Shown piece by piece: positions 33,849-39,699 of a DNA stretch of 39,699 nt. The translations under genes and the position numbers were made by a program. Source of the stretch: Dongiaceae bacterium (GTDB lineage Bacteria; Pseudomonadota; Alphaproteobacteria; Dongiales; Dongiaceae); assembly GCA_041482855.1 (NCBI GenBank), contig JBGPEQ010000001.1:1-39699 (forward strand), in the 5' to 3' direction. Within the stretch, counting starts at the first letter, position 1; each line of letters begins with the position of its first letter. Below the pieces are notes generated by a model. It did not search any database. It saw nothing but the letters and a program-made list of their open reading frames with translations, and had not been told where the DNA came from.

Positions 33849-34235
33849 ATGCAGCAAGTAGAAAATACGCGAAAAATCGATATTCTCGTCCAGCGTGCGC
33901 TGGAGGGCGGCGGCATTGCCGCCAAGCTAGGCCGCGACGGCAGTACGCACAGCCGGACCGCGCGGCCCGCAGGCACGCGCCGCGTTCACAACAATCCGTG
34001 CGAGATTCTGCAGCGGCTCGCGCAGGTCATTCAGCTGATGCGCCTCGACCACGCCGATGCGCATATCTATCGCGATGGCTGCGATATCCTGGTGCAGGAC
34101 GCAGTCGACGCGTCCAAATGGTCGGGATTGCGGCCGGCGCTGGCGCAAATATTGGGTCTGGTCGGGCAGGGCGACTACCATTGCGCCCTCATGGAGCTGC
34201 GGGCGATCTCCCAGCCGGAGTGGCACATATGCTGA
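33849..34235 (+). CDS. Hypothetical protein (128 aa), first clearly coding ORF of the FlgI-like cassette
   Basis: Track ORF 33714..34235 trimmed to ATG 33849 with GGAGA 6 nt upstream. G/C-rich third positions. Its stop overlaps the start of the next ORF (ATATGCTGA). Cys/His-containing C-terminal half (HADAHIYRDGCDILVQD..GDYHCALMELRAISQPEWHIC). No family recognised. Confidence 0.5.
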   Translation: MQQVENTRKIDILVQRALEGGGIAAKLGRDGSTHSRTARPAGTRRVHNNPCEILQRLAQVIQLMRLDHADAHIYRDGCDILVQDAVDASKWSGLRPALAQILGLVGQGDYHCALMELRAISQPEWHIC

Positions 34236-34831
34236 GCGCGCCGACGAAGATTCGCCGTCACCGGGCGGCGGTTGCTGCGCTGGCTGCCGCCCTGACGCTG
34301 TCGGCGCTTGCGCCGCTTGCGCGCGCCGATGACAGTGGAACGTCGAAACTGGCCTCCGCCGCCAGCGAACAGGGTATGCTCGTCGGCGTCGGCGTCGTGA
34401 TCGGCCTGCCCGGGACCGGAGACAGCGCGATCGACGCCAACGCCATCGAGTCCTCGATCATCGGCATCCTCAAGCGGGCCGGGCTGGAGCCCTGGCGCGA
34501 CCAGATCAAGCCGGGCCGCGTCGCCGTGGTGATACTGAGCGCCCAGCTTCCGGATGGCGCCGGCGACGGCACCAAGATCGCCGTCAGCGTCAGCGCGATC
34601 GGCGATGCCCGCAGCATCGCCGGCGGTACCTTGCTCGTCGCCCCGCTGCGCGACGCCGACGGAACCGTTCATGCCATCGGCCAGGGGCTGATCGCCGCGG
34701 GCGGTACGCCGACCGCATCCGTCGTGACCGTCGCTGTGGACGCCGGCATGCGGACGGGCGAGCTCACCCAGGGTACGGTCATCAAGCATCAGACGGTCGC
34801 CCCTCGCAACTATGCGTCGTTGACGCCGTAG
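34229..34831 (+). CDS. Secreted FlgI N-terminal-domain paralog (200 aa; lacks the C-terminal half of FlgI)
   Basis: Track ORF 33998..34831 trimmed to ATG 34229. Signal peptide MLSAPTKIRRHRAAVAALAAALTLSALAPLARA|DD. An ungapped hand alignment to FlgI (15736-16884) gives 52/110 identities (LVGxGxVxGLxGTGD, SIIGxLxRxG, SAIGDAxS, GGTLLVxPL, ADGxVxA). Similarity ends near FlgI residue ~205 and the stop follows 13 codons later. Confidence 0.7.
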   Translation: MLSAPTKIRRHRAAVAALAAALTLSALAPLARADDSGTSKLASAASEQGMLVGVGVVIGLPGTGDSAIDANAIESSIIGILKRAGLEPWRDQIKPGRVAVVILSAQLPDGAGDGTKIAVSVSAIGDARSIAGGTLLVAPLRDADGTVHAIGQGLIAAGGTPTASVVTVAVDAGMRTGELTQGTVIKHQTVAPRNYASLTP

Positions 34832-35187
34832 TCTGCAGGAAGGCGATCGCGGACCTGGCGGACGGCGGCATCTTCCGCCGAAGGAAAAGATGGAATTTTG
34901 CATGGTGCTATATTGTCTATATTTCAGTATGTCATACCGGCTTGTTCGAGGTGTATTGTAAGTTTGACTTACTATTAAGGCGTTCTGCTGCATTATTGCT
35001 CTGATAATACTGTCGTCGTCATCGCTCCGACGATCGACTGATCGCAGAACGCGAGGTACGCAAGTGGAAGTATGGAATGCCGCGCGGGCAGCGAGGCCCG
35101 CCAACGACACGCCAGTTCTCCGCATCGCCGGACCGATGCGTAAGAGTGTGCCAGGCGCCGAATTCTGAGGGTGTCCCGGCGTCACGA

Positions 35188-35251
35188 CCGTCCGGCCTCC
35201 GCACGCGGTTTTTCCTGCCTCCCCGCGTGAACTGCTGCGGAGGCCGGACGG
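35188..35251. repeat. Long perfect hairpin (16-bp stem) in the spacer upstream of the second hybrid kinase
   Basis: CCGTCCGGCCTCCGCA (35188-35203) pairs with TGCGGAGGCCGGACGG (35236-35251), its exact reverse complement. The 32-nt loop contains an inner CGCGG/CCGCG stem and a T5 run. No U-tract follows on either strand. Confidence 0.7.
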
Positions 35252-35417
35252 CGACCAGCTTCCGAGAACAGCTATCCTCTGCGCGGCAGCGGCGCCGGAT
35301 GAAACCGGCGTTACCGCCCGCCCGCCCGCGCCTTCCCGCTTTAGAGTTTGTTAGGCGATTCCGGCTTCCACTCGGCCATGCCTGCGTCTCGGCGACGCGG
35401 CAGGACGATGCGAGAGG

Positions 35418-37037
35418 ATGGCCATCGCCATGTTGGCAGGACGACGTGATGCCCCGGCGCGCCGCGCAAGCAAGGCGATAGGCGAATTGTCGCAGCTTCG
35501 CCTCTTCGAAAGCATTCCCGAGGCCATTCTCGTCCATCACGCCGACGGCGTGCTGTTTGCCAATGCCGCCTGCCTGCGCATGCTGGGCGCGGGGAGCTTC
35601 GAGCAAATCGTCGGCCGCCCGATGCTGGATCGCCTGCATCCGGCCGACCGTCAGCGCATCGAGCGTAAATTCGCGGAGATCAGCGGGTCGCGAAAGCCGT
35701 GCCCGCGGGTCGAGGCGCGGCTGCTGCGATTCGACGGCTCGACCGCCGATGTCGAGGCTTCGGTCACGCCGATCGAGGGGCGCGCACCCGATGAGTTGCT
35801 GGTCGTGCTGCGCGACGTGACCGAGCGCAAGCTGCTCGAGCAGGAGCTGCGCCAGGCGCAGAAGATGGAGGCCCTGGGACAGCTGACCGGCGGCGTCGCC
35901 CATGATTTCAACAACCTGCTGGCGGTGATCACGGGCAACCTCGAGATCGCCGGCGAGCATGCCGAGGGCGTTCCCGTCCTCGATCGCGCCATCAACCGGG
36001 CCATGACGGCGGCCGAGATCGCGGCCGATCTGACCCAGCGCCTGCTGGCGTTCGCGCGCCGCCAGCCGCTGATGCCGCATCTGATCGATGTCAACAGGCT
36101 CGTCCAGGACATGCGCGACCTGCTGCGGCGTTCCCTCGGCGCCGACATCGAGATCGAAATCGTGGCTTGTCCGGATCTCTGGCAGACCAACGCCGATCGC
36201 AGCCAGCTCGAGAACTCCATCATCAATCTCGCCGTCAACGCCCGCGATGCCATGCCCGCAGGCGGCAAGCTCACGATCGAGACCGCCAACATCTATCTCG
36301 ACAGCGACTATGCGCGGCGCAATCCCGGCGTAACGCCCGGCCAGTACGTGCTGCTGGAAGTCAGCGACACCGGCACCGGCATGGAGGCCGACGTAGCCGA
36401 CCGCGCCTTCGAACCGTTCTTCACCACCAAGGAGGTCGATGAGGGCAGCGGTCTCGGCCTCAGCATGATCTACGGCTTCGCCCGCCAGTCGGGCGGCCAC
36501 GTAAAGATCTTCAGCGCGGAGAATCACGGCACCAGCGTGTGGCTGTGCCTGCCGAGGGCGGAGACGGAGGAAACGGTGGCGGCGCCTGTCGGGGCTCCGT
36601 CGCAGCTGCCGCGCGGCCACGAGACGATCCTGGTGGTCGAGGACAATGCAGCCGTGCGCGAGGTCGTCGTCACACAGCTGGAGAGCCTGGGCTATCGGGT
36701 GATTTCCGCCGAGGACGGTCCGGCCGCCTTGCGCTTGCTGGCCGAGACCGCCGGCATCGGCCTCCTGTTCACCGATCTCGTCATGCCGAACGGCCTGAGC
36801 GGCCGCCACCTTGCCGAGGAGGTCGTGCGCATACGGCCGGGCACCCGCGTTCTCTTCACGTCGGGGTATCCGAGCTGGGCTGGCAAACTGGTGATGGAGT
36901 TCGGGCCGGGTGGGCCGCTGTTGCAAAAGCCCTACAAGAAAAAGCAGCTGGCCGAGAAGGTACGGGAAGTGCTGGACGCTCCGGCCGGCGACCCGCCGGC
37001 CGTAATTGCGGAGCCGATCGGCGCCGAACGCCCCTGA
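35418..37037 (+). CDS. Soluble hybrid sensor histidine kinase (PAS, HisKA, HATPase_c, receiver)
   Basis: 539 aa with no hydrophobic segments. PAS (LFESIPEAILVHHADGVLFANAACLRMLG). H-box [26 protein letters not shown] boxes ([38 protein letters not shown]). Receiver (ILVVEDNAAV..GLLFTDLVMPN..LQKPY). An alternative ATG at 35430 has better SD spacing. Paralog of 20965-23313. Confidence 0.9.
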   Translation: MAIAMLAGRRDAPARRASKAIGELSQLRLFESIPEAILVHHADGVLFANAACLRMLGAGSFEQIVGRPMLDRLHPADRQRIERKFAEISGSRKPCPRVEARLLRFDGSTADVEASVTPIEGRAPDELLVVLRDVTERKLLEQELRQAQKMEALGQLTGGVAHDFNNLLAVITGNLEIAGEHAEGVPVLDRAINRAMTAAEIAADLTQRLLAFARRQPLMPHLIDVNRLVQDMRDLLRRSLGADIEIEIVACPDLWQTNADRSQLENSIINLAVNARDAMPAGGKLTIETANIYLDSDYARRNPGVTPGQYVLLEVSDTGTGMEADVADRAFEPFFTTKEVDEGSGLGLSMIYGFARQSGGHVKIFSAENHGTSVWLCLPRAETEETVAAPVGAPSQLPRGHETILVVEDNAAVREVVVTQLESLGYRVISAEDGPAALRLLAETAGIGLLFTDLVMPNGLSGRHLAEEVVRIRPGTRVLFTSGYPSWAGKLVMEFGPGGPLLQKPYKKKQLAEKVREVLDAPAGDPPAVIAEPIGAERP

Positions 37038-37083
37038 GTGGTGCCAGCCCGGGATCGCTCTCCGAGACTCGCGACTGTAAACA

Positions 37084-37635
37084 TCAAGAGCCGATGTTCG
37101 TGATCACCACACGGCGGTTGACGCCATTGTTCGGATCGCCCGGATCGGCAAGGTCGGACTCCCCGACGCCGCTCGCTTCCAGGCGCGCCGCGTCGACGTG
37201 GAACTGGTCGATCAGATAGTCCTTCACGGACGCCGCGCGCGCCTCCGAGAGCTTGAGATTGGCGGCATCGGACCCGACCGCGTCGGTGTGGCCGACGAGA
37301 CTGAATTGATAGGCCGCCAGCTGGTCCGATTGCAACGCGGCGCCCAGCTCATTGAGAACGGCCTTCGCGCTGCCCGTCAGCTTGGCCGAGCCGAATTCGA
37401 ACTGGATGCGCATGTCCTTCTGGGGCGCTGCGCTCGTCTCTTCGGTCCCTTGCGTTCCCTGCGTCCCCTGGTTCGACAGGGTGAGACCGCGGGTCTTTGG
37501 CGCCAGGGCGTCGATGAAGTCCTGTTTCGTCTGGCCCTGCATGTCGTCCGCGTAGGCCGGGAGCGCGATCGGCGCGGCCATCGATGCGCCCAGGAACAGC
37601 GCCACCGCCGCAATCAACAGGCTCTTGCGTGTCAT
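37084..37635 (-). CDS. OmpA-family peptidoglycan-binding protein (secreted, 183 aa)
   Basis: Signal peptide MTRKSLLIAAVALFLGASMAAPIALPAYA. OmpA_C block FEFGSAKLTGSAKAVLNELGAAL..FSLVGHTDAVGSDAANLKLSEARAASVKDYL..NRRVVI. Short QGTQGTQGT repeat in the linker. Confidence 0.85.
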   Translation of the reverse strand: MTRKSLLIAAVALFLGASMAAPIALPAYADDMQGQTKQDFIDALAPKTRGLTLSNQGTQGTQGTEETSAAPQKDMRIQFEFGSAKLTGSAKAVLNELGAALQSDQLAAYQFSLVGHTDAVGSDAANLKLSEARAASVKDYLIDQFHVDAARLEASGVGESDLADPGDPNNGVNRRVVITNIGS

Positions 37636-37782
37636 GACTAATTATCCCTCGAACAGGCCGGAGTCGCTCCGCGACGGTTGCTCGGAATCTACATCCACGG
37701 CGGGCTCGATAGCAAGTTAACGGGTGGCCGGAATCTGTGCGAGCGGTCACAGATCGGTCGGATTCGGCCGCGGCGGCTCCGA

Positions 37783-38949
37783 TCAAGCGGGCGTGCGCGG
37801 CTGACGCGAGCGAAAGGCGTCGCTGACTCGGCGAATGGCATCGCTCAGCCGCGGCGCCACAACATTGATGTCAAAGTTGCTACTTACCCATCGCGGCGCC
37901 TTCTGAGCGAAGGTGCGGCGGAAGTTTGGTTGCTGGAGCAGGAAGGTGACGGCATTGGTAAATGAAGCGTCATTGTTCGGTTTGGTGAGCACGCCGGTCT
38001 GGCCGTTAGCCACGACATCCAGCATGGCGGAACTGCGCGGGCCGACGACGGCGAGCCCGGCCGCTTGGGCCTCGAGCACGGTCGGCGAGAATTCCTCGTC
38101 GGCGAACGGCCATAGGAAAAGGTCGCCGCAGACCAGGATTGCGGTCAAGTCCTCCGGCGTCGCCACCGCGATATGACGATCCAATCCGCGAGGCGATCCG
38201 CGAAACAGGCCATCGACCTCGGCCCGGCGGGATCCGGCGCCGGCTACGATCATCTGCCAATCGAGAGCCGAGGCCAGTACTGCCGCGCGTGCTACGACAC
38301 GGAACGAATCCAGATGCGCGTCGCTCGACATCGGCCCGGCGGCGATCAGCCAGGGGACGTCCAACCTGATCCGATGCTGCCGCGACAGCGCGGCGCGGAG
38401 TGCCGCGCGGCGGCGAATCACCGAGGCGAGCCGGCTGAGGTCGATGAATGGCGGCAGCAGGACTAGACGGTCGTCTTGCTCTGGGAGCATCTGGCGAAAC
38501 GATTCCGCCTGAGCGGTTGAGAACACGATCGTTGCATCCGCCCCCGCAATCGTTCGGCGGAGCCGGTCGGCGCCATCATTGGCGGAGGCCGTGCCGGCCG
38601 TCGGTATGGATGGCTGCACCAGGACGTAAGGAATTCCTAACGCTGCGCTCGCCGCCGGTCCGATCGGGTCGGCGGCATGACAGGACACGAGCGACGAAAT
38701 CCAGATATCCGGGGGCGGGCGCTGTGCCGTGCGGAAGTAGTCGGTGAGCCAGGCCACTTCGGCGCTGTCGACTGGGTTCGGCTCGCCCGCCGCCGAAATC
38801 GGTCCTTCTCCGCTGGTCCGAACGGGAATGCGCGAAACATCGTGGCCGCAAGCGATGAGGGCACGCTCGATGAGATGGACGGGGCTATTGCCATCGAAAA
38901 GGGATGGATCGGTCCTCGCTCCGGGGGGCTCGTAGAACGCAACGCGCAT
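37783..38949 (-). CDS. GT-B fold glycosyltransferase (family 1/4-like)
   Basis: 388 aa. C-terminal E-x7-E motif (EEFSPTVLEAQAAGLAVVG) and GQTGVL. Divergent from tssA. Confidence 0.75.
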   Translation of the reverse strand: MRVAFYEPPGARTDPSLFDGNSPVHLIERALIACGHDVSRIPVRTSGEGPISAAGEPNPVDSAEVAWLTDYFRTAQRPPPDIWISSLVSCHAADPIGPAASAALGIPYVLVQPSIPTAGTASANDGADRLRRTIAGADATIVFSTAQAESFRQMLPEQDDRLVLLPPFIDLSRLASVIRRRAALRAALSRQHRIRLDVPWLIAAGPMSSDAHLDSFRVVARAAVLASALDWQMIVAGAGSRRAEVDGLFRGSPRGLDRHIAVATPEDLTAILVCGDLFLWPFADEEFSPTVLEAQAAGLAVVGPRSSAMLDVVANGQTGVLTKPNNDASFTNAVTFLLQQPNFRRTFAQKAPRWVSSNFDINVVAPRLSDAIRRVSDAFRSRQPRTPA

Positions 38950-39229
38950 CGTGTGCTCCTGCCGACGCTGTTCCCGGCGACCCGCAACCGTAGGCTGCGG
39001 TCATGGCCGGCGGTCAGCCAAGTTGGGCGGTGCCGTCAGCAGTTTCAAGGGATTGGCGTCACACAAATAGAGGTTGGGCGTCGACGGCGCGATAGGTTTT
39101 CGCAGCGCCAATCGCTCGGACCGGTGGTTGCCAAATTTCTGCAATGCAATTGTGTTATCGGTAAATGCATGTAGTATATGGCGAATCTTTCCCACCCGAA
39201 CGGACCACCCTCATTCGTGCGGAGATCGA

Positions 39230-39699
39230 ATGGCTACTGCTGACGTGATTCAGTTGGAGGCCCTGCTCGCACCGATCCCCGGTGACAAGCCCGTGGGCGT
39301 CGACCTTCGCGCGGACGCCAACCCGGCGTCGGACTATTTCAAGCTGAAGGACTCCCGGTTCGCAGCCCGCGCCAAAGAGCGCGAGATCGACGCCGACCCC
39401 AGCCTCGCGGCCGGCGAATTGCAGGAATGGCGCACAATCCTGGATCTGGCTCCAAAGCTGTTGGCAACGCAGTCCAAGGATCTTGAGATTGCGGCCTGGC
39501 TGGTCGAAGCCCTCCTGCGTCGCCATGGCTTCCCCGGCCTGCGCGACGGCTTCCGATTGTTGCGTGGACTGGTGGAAAAATATTGGGACGGGCTCTATCC
39601 GGTTCCCGATGAAGATGGTCTGGTGGCCAAGGTGGCGCCGGTGGCGGCGCTCAATGGCGAGGGCGCGGACGGCACGGTCATCCAGCCGATCCGCAAGAT
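39230..39699 (+). CDS. tssA: Type VI secretion protein TssA/ImpA (N-terminal part; continues past window end)
   Basis: ATG 39230 with GGAGA 5 nt upstream, open to the end of the window (156 codons). ImpA_N pattern LLAPIPGDKPVGVDLRAD..YFKLKDSR..W..LLATQSKDLEIAAWLVEALLRRHGFPGLRDGFRLLRGLVEKYWDGLYP. Absent from the ORF track because no stop lies in the window. Confidence 0.8.
   Translation, partial: MATADVIQLEALLAPIPGDKPVGVDLRADANPASDYFKLKDSRFAARAKEREIDADPSLAAGELQEWRTILDLAPKLLATQSKDLEIAAWLVEALLRRHGFPGLRDGFRLLRGLVEKYWDGLYPVPDEDGLVAKVAPVAALNGEGADGTVIQPIRK

Noticed and set aside
35019-36926. 635-aa minus-strand ORF antisense to the second hybrid kinase and extending into the spacer
   Set aside because: It shows the same antisense-frame composition bias, and the plus-strand kinase is unambiguous. 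The part lying in the spacer has no coding-like third-position bias.
37444-37472. Short tandem repeat encoding QGTQGTQGT in the OmpA-like gene
   Set aside because: It is three imperfect 9-nt units inside a linker. This is ordinary low-complexity sequence with no sign of phase-variable length.
1-39699. CRISPR arrays, rRNA/tRNA genes, prophage or defence-system genes
   Set aside because: I saw no regularly spaced direct repeats, no rRNA-like or cloverleaf-capable segments, and no nuclease, helicase, methylase or other defence signatures among the translated ORFs.

Overview
A 39.7-kb, high-GC chromosomal segment whose gene content and protein families (FlbT/FlaF, FtcR/Rem-type regulator, MotE, DUF1217, rod-binding-only FlgJ) point to an alphaproteobacterium, probably Hyphomicrobiales/Rhizobiales (inference). 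Most of it is a flagellar regulon in several blocks: (i) fliF-fliH-like-fliN-fliP plus a partial FliO-like ORF on the minus strand (1-3817); (ii) fliL-fliM, a DUF6468-like gene and a motE-like gene on the plus strand (3975-6681); (iii) DUF1217-flaG-flbT-flaF-flagellin (6713-9735, minus); (iv) ftcR-like-flgE-flgK-flgL (10538-15191, minus); (v) flgI-flgJ and a flgN-like gene (15736-17620, plus); (vi) flhA-fliR-flhB-motA-motB-fliK-flgD (24345-32540, minus). Blocks v and vi are separated by about 6.7 kb of non-flagellar genes (17652-24344): a LysE exporter, a PAS protein, an Lrp regulator, a decayed EamA exporter, a CheY-like regulator with a membrane hybrid histidine kinase, and a 2OG-oxygenase-like gene. 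Beyond flhA lies an accessory regulatory region (32627-37037). It holds a NarL/FixJ-type response regulator, then a three-ORF cassette bounded by two ~35% GC tracts, then a soluble PAS hybrid kinase. The last ORF of that cassette is a secreted paralog of only the N-terminal half of the P-ring protein FlgI, and I rate it the most unusual element in the window. An OmpA-like protein and a glycosyltransferase follow, and the 5' end of a type VI secretion tssA/impA gene runs off the window. I also saw a shared TTAACCGGC / TTAA-N7-TTAA (CtrA-box-like) motif in front of the flagellin gene, fliK and the FlgI-like cassette. Two copies of a palindromic REP-like element and a 16-bp perfect stem in a long spacer are present as well. 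I recognised no tRNA/rRNA genes, CRISPR arrays, transposases or integrases. All family calls come from reading the supplied translations; no database search was run.
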